DNA of 63,886 bases, counting the filler, from Octopus bimaculoides (lineage: Eukaryota), in the NCBI RefSeq assembly GCF_001194135.2. It is 5 parts of 4 records of this genome, joined end to end, with 100 filler letters (N's around TTAATTAATTAA, not from the genome) between each part and the next. Parts side by side here need not be neighbours in the genome. Positions count along the whole stretch, not along the records: positions 1 to 21,389 come from NC_068981.1; 4 more parts are not named here. One strand, 5' to 3'. A program made the position numbers and the translations under genes. Positions 1 through 11,345 of the stretch are shown piece by piece. The notes under the pieces were generated by a model. The model saw nothing but the letters and a program-made list of their open reading frames with translations, had not been told where the DNA came from and searched no databases. How positions within the stretch are numbered: the first letter of the stretch is position 1; every line of letters starts with the position of its first letter.

Positions 1-1116
1 TATATATATATCATGTATATATAGATAAATAGACAGATAGATATACATAAGAGTGACTGTCTGGTAAATAACTTGCTTAACAACCACATGGTTCCGGGTT
101 CAGCCCCACTTAATGGCACCTTGGGCAAGTGCCTTCTATTATAGCTTCAGGCCAGAAACTGAAAGAAGCCCGTCGTATATGCGTGTGTGCGTGTGTGTAT
201 GTCTGTATATATATATATTTATATATATANNNNNNNNNNNNNNNNNNNNNNNNNNNNNNNNNNNNNNNNNNNNNNNNNNNNNNNNNNNNNNNNNNNNNNN
301 NNNNNNNNNNNNNNNNNNNNNNNNNNNNNNNNNNNNNNNNNNNNNNNNNNNNNNNNNNNNNNNNNNNNNNNNNNNNNNNNNNNNNNNNNNNNNNNNNNNN
401 NNNNNNNNNNNNNNNNNNNNNNNNNNNNNNNNNNNNNNNNNNNNNNNNNNNNNNNNNNNNNNNNNNNNNNNNNNNNNNNNNNNNNNNNNNNNNNNNNNNN
501 NNNNNNNNNNNNNNNNNNNNNNNNNNNNNNNNNNNNNNNNNNNNNNNNNNNNNNNNNNNNNNNNNNNNNNNNNNNNNNNNNNNNNNNNNNNNNNNNNNNN
601 NNNNNNNNNNNNNNNNNNNNNNNNNNNNNNNNNNNNNNNNNNNNNNNNNNNNNNNNNNNNNNNNNNNNNNNNNNNNNNNNNNNNNNNNNNNNNNNNNNNN
701 NNNNNNNNNNNNNNNNNNNNNNNNNNNNNNNNNNNNNNNNNNNNNNNNNNNNNNNNNNNNNNNNNNNNNNNNNNNNNNNNNNNNNNNNNNNNNNNNNNNN
801 NNNNNNNNNNNNNNNNNNNNNNNNNNNNNNNNNNNNNNNNNNNNNNNNNNNNNNNNNNNNNNNNNNNNNNNNNNNNNNNNNNNNNNNNNNNNNNNNNNNN
901 NNNNNNNNNNNNNNNNNNNNNNNNNNNNNNNNNNNNNNNNNNNNNNNNNNNNNNNNNNNNNNNNNNNNNNNNNNNNNNNNNNNNNNNNNNNNNNNNNATA
1001 TATATATATATCATGTATATATCCATATCAATATTATATAAATGCATACATATACAATCTGTGTTCATGGGTGTAGCTCTGTATGTGTGTATATATGTGT
1101 ATACATGCGTATATGC

Positions 1117-1156
<40 letters not shown>

Positions 1157-1770
1157 ATCTCTGTGTATGTACGTATAAGTAGGAATATTTGTATACCACG
1201 CCTATTAGAGAAGAGGAGTTAAACCGAGGTGTTGTTTGGGAACATGAAGGCTTCACGTTACCTGTTTTCAAAGATAATCTAATGTATATATCACCATTAT
1301 TTTATCAAGTCGTTCTTGTTTCCACTAGCGTTCACTGTATCAAGAGAAATGTAAATGGTAAGAAATCTTATATTAGTACATCTGGTGCAAGTCATATAGC
1401 CACACATATATTGCAGCCAATTATGAATTCCACAATAATAAACGGATTCTGAGTAAATTAATTTGCCAGCACGACAATTGAATGAAAGCTTAAGTTCAAT
1501 ACGAGATTGAATTGATGCAATGCTACAGATAATGAAAATGTTTAATGTTCGATTAATTCTGGGTATTATAATAAACATCCCAATACGTATACACACGCAC
1601 ACATACACTCAAGGACACTTTCAAGCGCACACAACTGAAGACAGTTGTAGTTAGTGCACAGACTAGAAAACAGAATAACCTATATATATAGCGGAGCGAT
1701 TGATATCGTATCTTGTATATCGCACCACACGTTCACACATACACAAATCATGTATACATACATACATGCA

Positions 1771-1838
<68 letters not shown>

Positions 1839-1840
<2 letters not shown>

Positions 1841-1955
1841 ATTATATATAAAGGGCATTAACTGTGTATCAATGCCTCACGCTATCGAGGGACTAAATAA
1901 GTAAAAAAAACTACCAAAAATAAGCACCATATTTACCGAAAGCGACGGAATGCAG
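1839..1955 (-). repeat. Inverted partial copy of the tandem unit abutting the array
   Basis: Reverse complement of 2200-2316 (ctgcattccc...ttatttagtccctcgatagcgtgaggcattgatacacagttaatgccctttatatataatta). Confidence 0.95.
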
Positions 1956-3500
1956 TACCGAGATGCAACTGGATAAATTCAAATCTCTTTCAGGGATATA
2001 TAAATGTGAACAAAAGTCATCGTTGCTGTGATGGCTACATCATGGTAGGTGATTCTTGTTTATTTTTATATATCTTGACCATACGTGTACTGATGAACAA
2101 AAGAATACAGGTTACTTCACAGTTTTTTTTCTGTATTTGATTGAGAAACCAGTGGTCTACCGTTGAGTTAAATGTTTTTAAGAGATAAATTTTGAAAAGC
2201 TGCATTCCCTCGCTTTCGGTAAATATGGTGCTTATTTTTGGTATTTTTTTTTACTTACTTAGTCCCTCGATATCGTGAGGCATTGATACACAGTTAATGC
2301 CCTTTATATATAATTAAATATATCTATGAAGAAACGATGAATTTTTTCATTACGAAATTTTTCGTTATTTTTTCATTATGAGGTTTTTTCACGCTGACTA
2401 CTTGATCAATTCTTATGAAGAATTTATCCTTAATTATATTATAAATAATTAGAATATATTCAGTGCTGAATATCATTTTGTATAAGCACATGTTACCGAG
2501 ATGCAACTGGATAAATTCATATCTCTTTCAGGGATATATAATTGTGAACAAAAGTCATCGTTGCTGTGATGGCTACAACATGGTTGGTGATTCTTGTTTA
2601 TTTTTATATATCTTGACCATACGTGTACTGATGAACAAAAGAATATAGGTTACTTCACAGTTTTTTCTAAATTTGATTGAGAAACCAGTGGTCTACCGTT
2701 GAGTTAAATGTTTTTAAGAGATAAATTTTGAAAAGCTGCATTCCCTCCCTTTCGGTAAATATGATGCTTATCTTTGGTAGTTTTTTTTTACTTATTTAGT
2801 CCCTCGATAGCGTGAGGCATTGATACACAGTTAATGCCCTTTATATATAATTAAATATATCTATGAAGAAACGATGAATTTTTTCATTACGAAATTTTTC
2901 GTTATTTTTTCATTATGAGGTTTTTTCACGCTGACTACTTGATAAATTCTTATAAAGAATTTATCCTATATTATATTATAAATAATTAGAATATATTCAG
3001 TGCTGAATATCATTTTGTATAAGCACATATTACCGAGATGCAACTGGATAAATTCAAATCTCTTTCAGGGATATATAATTGTGAACAAAAGTCATCGATG
3101 CTGTGATAGCTACATCATGGTAGGTGATTCTTGTTTATTTTTATATATCTTGACCATACGTGTACTGATGAACAAAAGAAAACAGGTTACTTCACAGTTT
3201 TTTCTAAATTTGATTGAGAAACCAGTGGTCTACCGTTGAGTTAAATGTTTTTAAGAGATACATTTTGAAAAGCTGCATTCCCTCGCTCTCGGTAAATATG
3301 GTGCTTATTTTTGGTAGTTTTTTTTTTTTACTTATTTAGTCCCTCGATAGCGTGAGGCATTGATACACAGTTAATACCCTTTATATATAATTAAATATAT
3401 CTATGAAGAAACGATGAATTTTTTTATTACAAAATATTTCGTTATTTTTTCATTATGAGGTTTTTTCACGCTGACTACTTGATAAATTCTTATAAAGAAT
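1956..3500 (+). repeat. Tandem array of ~538-bp units (at least 2.9 copies, cut by the gap at 3501)
   Basis: Units start with TACCGAGATGCAACTGG at 1956, 2494 and 3031 and are near-identical throughout. Confidence 0.97.
2083..2163 (+). ncRNA. Degenerate type I hammerhead-like motif in tandem unit 1 (also at 2621-2699 and 3158-3236)
   Basis: ACG(T)GTA-CTGATGA...GAAAC-CAGTG-GTC-TACCGT. Core, stem III (ACC/GGT) and helix I are present; the base of stem II is mismatched. Confidence 0.5.
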
Positions 3501-5129
3501 NNNNNNNNNNNNNNNNNNNNNNNNNNNNNNNNNNNNNNNNNNNNNNNNNNNNNNNNNNNNNNNNNNNNNNNNNNNNNNNNNNNNNNNNNNNNNNNNNNNN
3601 NNNNNNNNNNNNNNNNNNNNNNNNNNNNNNNNNNNNNNNNNNNNNNNNNNNNNNNNNNNNNNNNNNNNNNNNNNNNNNNNNNNNNNNNNNNNNNNNNNNN
3701 NNNNNNNNNNNNNNNNNNNNNNNNNNNNNNNNNNNNNNNNNNNNNNNNNNNNNNNNNNNNNNNNNNNNNNNNNNNNNNNNNNNNNNNNNNNNNNNNNNNN
3801 NNNNNNNNNNNNNNNNNNNNNNNNNNNNNNNNNNNNNNNNNNNNNNNNNNNNNNNNNNNNNNNNNNNNNNNNNNNNNNNNNNNNNNNNNNNNNNNNNNNN
3901 NNNNNNNNNNNNNNNNNNNNNNNNNNNNNNNNNNNNNNNNNNNNNNNNNNNNNNNNNNNNNNNNNNNNNNNNNNNNNNNNNNNNNNNNNNNNATATATAT
4001 GTGTATATATATATGTATATGTATATAAACATACATGCATACATACATACGTACATACATACATACACATATGCATATATAAATAAATACGTACATGCAT
4101 ACGTGCATACGTGCATACATACATACATACATACATGTACATTGGATGTGTTATATGTAAAGGTAGATGTACATCTACAACATTTCAAGCTCCTTGTTGA
4201 ATATAGGCATCTAGTCTGCTCCTCTTATTGTGATTTTGTTTCTATTTTATTTAGTAGTGTTACTGGTTATGAAATACAAATCAAATCTAGTATAATATAC
4301 ATTATCACGTTTATATCATTTCCTTCTCTCAGGAGAATATATTCCAATTTTTTTTCTTCTCATTATCCCTAAAAGTAATTACAACTATAAAAAACAAATG
4401 CATTCCATGCTCGTGCTTGCAATGAACACACCCATTTTATATAACTATTTACACTCCAAGGTGTTTGTCCAACGAAATGCAGCTTTGAGAGAAGTAATAT
4501 TCTTGTCTTAAATTCCATTGCGTTGTGTTACTGTTTCATATTACTAGAACACATAATTTCACATAATTTCTTTCAGTAAACATTTGAATACTTTATATCC
4601 ATATTCCCAAAATATTAACCCCTACGTAGATAGATTCAAAAATTTCATTTAACTGCGCAGAGAAATATCAAATGGAGATTTTAGCAAGCATCAAGCGAAA
4701 ATATATAAAAAAAAATTCATTTCAAATATTTTGAATCTGGCTTCAGTCTATTAACCAACTGCTTCATCAATGTTTACACGCAAACTGAAATGTACTCACA
4801 CGTATACATGCAAATATACCCAAGAAATTCCACAAACATATATCGCACTTAAAGAACTAAAACTCTAACGTATTATATGGAAGAATCAAATACTAAAAAT
4901 TAAAATACGAGAGAGAAAGTAAAGAAAAAGCGAAATCTGTCTATTAGGAGAACCAAATAAGACAAGCATTTACCCCATAGTACATGACGTAAAATACAAT
5001 ATCATATGACTATAGAATTCTAAAATTTTTATGTGGAACTAATCCGAAAGTCACTCTGGAGTATTAGAACAATTACAATGTATTCTGTTATACACCCACA
5101 CACATACAGAATACATGCGTTCCACACAT

Positions 5130-5450
5130 ATCGTACCCAAACTCTATCCTGTCTGAACTTTTACAAGGCTGACTGGAATTCAATTGAAAAACAGATACTC
5201 CAGCAAAATTGGCTTAGACGTTTCTCCATACAACGAATTATTATGAAATTTGAAGGATTCCTGTCAACAATGCGAACCATATGCATTAGACTTGTCCCTA
5301 AGAAGTGAGCGATTACATTGAAAGACATTATTTCCCGAAACAGGAGAGCCCTTATGAGGCGGAATCTTAAAGTCTGCAACAAGTTTGCGAAAGAATCTGC
5401 TCTGGTGCACTATATGGCAGGGTACAACTGTTTCAAGGAGACAGCTGACT
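5130..5450 (+). mobile_element. APE-type LINE remnant (endonuclease-RT linker)
   Basis: LNFYKADWNSIEKQI...NW and RNRRALMRR resemble CR1/Jockey-group linker sequence; frameshifted. Confidence 0.55.
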
Positions 5451-8004
5451 AACCGCAGACACTATGAGGTTAAAAGATGTAACAAATAAACAATTTCAAA
5501 GATCTACAACTCTTGACACACGCACAAATATATATATACAAACGAACAGATCTGTTGTTCACCTCTCTCCGAACCTGCAGATCTGATTTAGAATATTATA
5601 CAGCAAAGGTTCTCAACTCATTTTGGCCAAACGCCCCCTTTTGACCATTGGCGTCATAATTTGATATCAGCAGTTGATGAATAAAAAATAAAGGACATAG
5701 TTTTACATATGCGCCTGTACGCAATCGGTAGTACAAATGTACAGATTGAAATGCAAAGAAACGAAATAGTAAATGGTCTTAGTCTTATGCATGAAAGTTT
5801 GGTAATTGCATTTATTTCCACCACGTGACACTTATGAGATCAACCTGTTTTCTATCGAAAGTGTGCTCTTAGGTACAAGTAAATGCCAATGAAATCATTT
5901 GAAACCTTTCTGATTTCCCTTATCAAAACGGCTAGAACTTGTGCAACAATCTAATATATAAACTATTGTCACCCGGGAAGAGGATCTTTTATGCTCAAGA
6001 AAGAGAGTGTGGTTTTAGTTAGTTTGAGTCACAAAATCAGTCCCTTTTTAAAATTAAGTAAAAAAATCTGAAAATAATATCATACTAAACATATTCATTT
6101 CTAATTCATTTGAACCAAAGAATTTATTGAGAAAAATTTAGCGAAAAAGTTACAGAAGCTTAAAAATCGAAACACTGTATTTTTAGCCAATAATAAACTT
6201 TCATTGTAGCGAACGGTGTCGACTTTAAGGTTGTACCCTGTCTAAGGTTGTACCTTGTGTGATCTGCTCTTTCATAAATACCTTATGAAGTCATGTGTTT
6301 ATTTATTTATTTTTGTTAATTAATGTATTTGTCTGTATGTGTATGGGTAGATCTTAAAGTTTAGCGTCTTACCTGTTCATGGTCGGTTTCTAAATAAACA
6401 GAAATACCTAATTTCGTTGTAGGTTTCTAAATAAACAGAAATACCTAATAAAATCAACATGTATCATCTTACTCATTCTTTTGTTTCTTCATTGATTGTA
6501 TGTTTTCATTATTTTTTAAAAAAATGTTATATTAATATACTTGCCTGCATGTGTTTACTTTATGCGTATTTCAGTATTATGTATACCTGTCATGTACTTG
6601 TGTACATCATTGATATATAAGTGCATGTGTGTATGTATGTATGTATGTGTGTGTGTTTGTGAAAAGGAGGCGTCTGTCTCCAAAACTCGAAATTTGAGAA
6701 ACGTTTTTATGCTTGGATTTGTAATCTACGGTAAGAATAACATTGTTCAACAAAGAATTTGTCCAAAGAAAAAGAATACCTGTATCTTATGTTTTTGCAT
6801 GCAGAATTCAAAATTGAAGTCAAATTATCTGTATTGAGTTCACATATTCCATTTTCCTTCATAATGCCAAGAATCTGTATCAAATTTTGCTATATATGAA
6901 CAATATGTAAAATATTAAGACAATTGACGATAAATATATATTATAAAATTCCAAGTGATAAAGGTAATTTTTTATTAAAACAACACGCGGATGAAGAAAA
7001 TCTCGTGTGTGAAGAGTCAACACATGCGGGTGAAACATAGCACAATGTGCGGTTGTTATGGTAACAGCTGTTAATGCCTCGCTGTCTGTTGATTGGCTAA
7101 AATTACCCAAATTTCCCAAATTTAATTCCAAATAGCATGAGATTCTTTAATTTACGTGATAAAGTAATTTGTTGATCGTAATCAAAATTAATAATTGCAG
7201 TGATACACGAAAATTAAAAGCAATATGAGAAAAATTAAAGAGGGTTCATTTTACGAATGAGAAAGACTACATCCCCCACAGTGTAAAAAACTGTTCTAAC
7301 CACTGAATATGGCCAATAATATTGTGAAATGTCACTAGGTAGCAAACGAAATCAGTGCACTGGTAAGCGCTTGGTACATTCACCATAACGATAGCGTAAT
7401 GTCTACGGTAAAATCGCCGAAAAATTATCGTCACATTCCTTTTACAGATCTGTTAAACGGATCGAAAACAAAATAAAAGAAATCACAAGAACATTTCATA
7501 CCTTACACACGCACATTGTAACACTAGTAGCTATATTTGTCAATGGATGTAGTGCACCAACTGACCCAATGCCAACAGGTCAGGGGTCACCTCAACGACC
7601 TGTTAGCTAGCATAAACAAAATTCCCCTTGATATCATTTTGCATGACGTAACCCCCCCCCCCCCNNNNNNNNNNNNNNNNNNNNNNNNNNNNNNNNNNNN
7701 NNGACACTACCGTGGCAAGCCCCGACTCACTATCGCAACAACAACAACAGCCTGTTACTGCTACTACATTGTAATCATCTTGCTTGGTATCACTATGTGA
7801 CCTCATTCCATCCAGCCCTAATTTTGCAAGCTAAGTTTCATTGCCGCTTCAACAACAACTGCTACTGCTACAGCTATTGTAAGAGGACTACTCACCAATG
7901 AGTCTGCAAATATAAAAAATCTCTACTATGCTCACGTCAAAAATCATGTCGGTACCATTTCCATGGTAACTGTAGATTTGGTCTAAACGTCACCAACAAA
8001 GAAC

Positions 8005-8195
8005 GCAGTTCTTATACTTAAGAGATGAGAAATTATGTACATTATTTACATTATTTACAATTGACGGACATTTGTCCTCATCTTGGTTGTTGTCAACACA
8101 ACGTTTCAGCTGATATACCCTCCAGCCTTCATCAGGTGTCTTGGGGAAATTTTGAACCTGGGTTCCCATTCCTAAGGTATTGTTCGATGTTGTTA
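8005..8195 (-). mobile_element. Penelope-like pseudo-LTR repeat carrying the 8095-8140 hammerhead
   Basis: A second copy at 50347-50422 (gagatgagaaattatgtacattatttacattattta...tttgtcctcatcttg) runs into a gap just before the ribozyme core. Confidence 0.6.
8095..8140 (-). ncRNA. Minimal type I hammerhead ribozyme (Penelope pLTR type)
   Basis: GACAC-CTGATGA-A-GGCTG-GAGGGTATAT-CAGCT-GAAAC-GTT^GTGTT: 5-bp helix I, 5-bp stem II, palindromic AACGTT in place of stem III. Confidence 0.8.
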
Positions 8196-8207
8196 TTATT
8201 ATCAATA

Positions 8208-8376
8208 GGCCCAGGAGTGGCTGTGTGTTAAGTAGCTTGATTACCAACCACATGGTTCCGGGTTCAGTCCCACTGCGTGGCAACTTGCGCAAGTATCTTC
8301 TGCTATGGCCGCGGGCCGACCAAACCTTGTGAGTGGATTTGGTAGACGGAAACTGATAGAAGCCCGTCATATATAG

Positions 8377-8416
<40 letters not shown>

Positions 8417-8580
8417 CGGTGTGTCTGTCTGTCCGCCCAACATCGCTTGACTACTGAGAGAGACCGATAGAATAAGTACTAGGCTTACAAAGAATAAGTC
8501 CTGGGGTCGATTTGCTCGACTAAAGGCGGTGCTCCATCATGGCCACAGTCAAACGACTGAAACAAGTAAAAGAATAAAAG
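8208..8580 (+). mobile_element. tRNA-derived SINE with head, internal (TA)/(TG) microsatellite and body. Other copies or parts at 55-180, 19560-19800(-), 19846-20270, 20275-20428(-), 43480-43700, 44185-44325, 57462-57625, 60817-60995
   Basis: Recurring caaccacatggttccgggttcagtcccact...ggcaccttgggcaag head with A/B-box-like motifs, and recurring gatagaataagtactaggc...ctaaaggcggtgctccagcatggcc body. Confidence 0.85.
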
Positions 8581-8581
8581 A

Positions 8582-8746
<165 letters not shown>

Positions 8747-8767
8747 TAGAAACTACTTACTTCAGTA

Positions 8768-9432
8768 TGGACTCTGATATATATCGACAAGAAAAAGGTT
8801 TAGCTATGGGTTCACCCTTATCACCGATAATACCCAATATAATCATGGAATACTTTGATAATTTTGCTTTAGGATTAACACCACTAAAATCAACACTATG
8901 GTTGCGATATGTTGATGACGCCTTCATACTGTGGCCCCACCAGGAAGATGTCCAAGTGCTGTTAGATTATGTGAACTCAATAAAGCCATCCATACAGTTC
9001 ACAATGGAAAAGGAAAAAGACAATCAGCTAGCATACCTGGACGTAATAATAACACACTCCAAGTATGGATTCAGGACATCCGTATACCGCAAGCCGACCT
9101 TCACTGGACGATACCTCAACTTGATCTCCCCCCATCCATACAGTGTAAAGAGAGGGATTGCTCTGTGCTTAAAACATCGAGCAATGAATATAATTGAAGA
9201 TCGTGTTACCCACCACGGAAAAATGATCAAGCTCAGTAACAATCTATTAAGTAACAACTACTCCAAAAGCATTCTCTCCACTCCACTTAGGAAGAAAAGA
9301 GAGGATGAAACCAATAAACTGTCCGTCGTCTGCCTACCCAATGTGAAAGGCTCCTCCGAAAAGATACAAAAGATATGCGGCCCATATGACATCAGGACAG
9401 TATTCAAAAGTAATACAACACATCGCAAATAT
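8768..9432 (+). mobile_element. Penelope-like element reverse transcriptase fragment (5'-truncated)
   Basis: GLAMGSPLSP, LWLRYVDD, IQFTMEKEKDNQLAYLDV and VYRKPTFTGRYL are PLE RT and thumb motifs. The frame is open, but homology ends near 9432. Confidence 0.9.
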
Positions 9433-9553
9433 CAAGACCAGTTTTCAATGCCACCTAAAGTAATGAAGTATACAGTGACAATATACAATTGTGCGTATGT
9501 ATGTATGCGTATGTCTGTATGTGTGTGCACGCGCACACATGCGTTTATGTGTG

Positions 9554-9593
<40 letters not shown>

Positions 9594-9715
9594 TAGTGGT
9601 CAATCTAAGCTAACTGTGCCCATTCATGCATTGAAAGAAGGAATCTGAACTAGAGACAATAACTAACTTCTTTCTATCAATCAATTTATCTATCTTTATA
9701 TACATCCATACTCTC
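9433..9715. repeat. ~280-bp block duplicated at 11588-11845
   Basis: Shared caagaccagttttcaatgcc...agtggtcaatctaagct...catgcattgaaagaa...aataactaacttctttctatcaatc around a (TG)n core. Confidence 0.85.
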
Positions 9716-11017
9716 TTACACACACACACACGCACAAGCACACACTCACAGATACATACATACATTTTATTGTTTTCTATCAATGGCCCAAAAGTGACAT
9801 TCTGTCAATCTCCCAAATTGCCCGGAGCAATTGCCTTCTTTGTCCCCCTATAAATCTGACCCTGCTCGCACCCCTGGAATGCTCCCTTGCACCTCCAAGG
9901 GGTGGGAGCATCCCTGGTTGTTAAACTCTGCACTAGAATATTCAAACGGGCTGACATCAAAATCAAGGCAAAACCAGTATCCTGAAAGAACTTTCAGTCC
10001 CAACACAGATTTCTCGAGTAAATAACTGAGATAATATACCAACTACATCGATACGGAAATAGAAGCAACGAAAATGTAGTGTTGAAACCTGGGGATATTC
10101 CTAAAACTATAGAAGCTTTGTGAACTATTTGAAGAAATGCCTACAACGGCATAAATATCGCATGGCATACAAAATACACACAACGTAAAGAAAAAAGCTC
10201 TACAAAAATACAACCGTTAACCAGTTCGCACTGTGCTGCACTAGGTCGTGCAATAAAAGCACGTAATTAAAATAATGCTGCGGAAAATATAAAATAATAA
10301 CAAATAAGACCGGAGATGTTTAACTTGATAAAACGCTACTTCACTGTTCCGACAAATATCCATTAACACAGATTAAATAGAAAGATATCAATTCGATAAA
10401 AACTGACAAAGACGTTGAACGATAACTGTGTAAATAATACATTAATTTATTAGCGAAGTTTTATTGCTTTTTACCTCATAAAATAATCTATTGCAATTAG
10501 TACATCATAATAGTCGGTGATCTTCCACCACGTATAAACACAAACTGTCAGACTAGACAATGATAGAGACTATACATGACCATCTGATGCGCTAGAAATA
10601 GCAGTCAAATCTCGCTTTTGTCTAATCTTACCGTTCTTAAAATATGACATTCTGAATTATGTATTCCTTCGTTCCAGACACATGGGAAGAACTAGATTTT
10701 TCAAGGTTAGATCTCATAGGTCTAATGAATCACATTTGATCTGAATCTAAATAACAACAGCAACAATATGTTGAAGCTTCTCCGTAGTCAGTCATCCTGC
10801 TAAAATAACAAGTTCATACCTCTCAAAGAATCTTCCACTGTCTAAGAAAATGTCACTATAAAACGATTGTCCCTGATTCCCTTCATATAGGAAAAAGAAA
10901 ACCAAAGATACCGCTAAATGACTGGATCGACTGACCAGAGCCTAAATCAAAATCAACAATAACAATAAACTAAACGAATGCAAGTCAAATGGAGAGCAGC
11001 ACATAAGTCCTTGAAGA

Positions 11018-11345
11018 TCAACTCTGACACCACATCATACACTTGAATCTGCTTTTTTCATTTTTCCAGTAACATTCAACGGAGTTGGTATTCACATTAG
11101 TTACTGGATCTACAAATGTTTCATTATGATTGACTTTGAAATAGGAATAATGTGATTCGACATCAATTTCAGTTATTCCATTGTATACGCTCCAACAATC
11201 AAAATGGATAGTCGTTCCTGGTTTTATAAGCTTTCTGATAAGGAGAAGCAGAGTTTCGCGGGTGCAACTGACATGCGCTTGGGCGTGAGTTCGTCTACCG
11301 ATTAGCACGGGAGCGCGCGTCAGCGATACACTTCTTGAAGAGTAT
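11018..11345 (-). mobile_element. Merlin (IS1016/IS1595-like) transposase fragment
   Basis: RETLLLLIRKLIKPGTTIHFDCWSVY...VNHNETFVDPVTNVNTNSVECYW matches the Merlin signature I.PGT.I.SD.W.AY...VNH...FVDP.TG.HTN.IE..W. Confidence 0.85.

Noticed and set aside
113-1222. Long ORFs spanning N runs (also near 3.4-4.3, 44.4-46.8, 51.5 and 55.9 kb)
   Set aside because: They are open only because N codons translate as X, and their flanks are (TA)/(TG) repeats.
1956-3500. CRISPR-like or rDNA interpretation of the tandem array
   Set aside because: The units are 538 bp and near-identical with no unique spacers, the context is eukaryotic, and there are no rRNA motifs.
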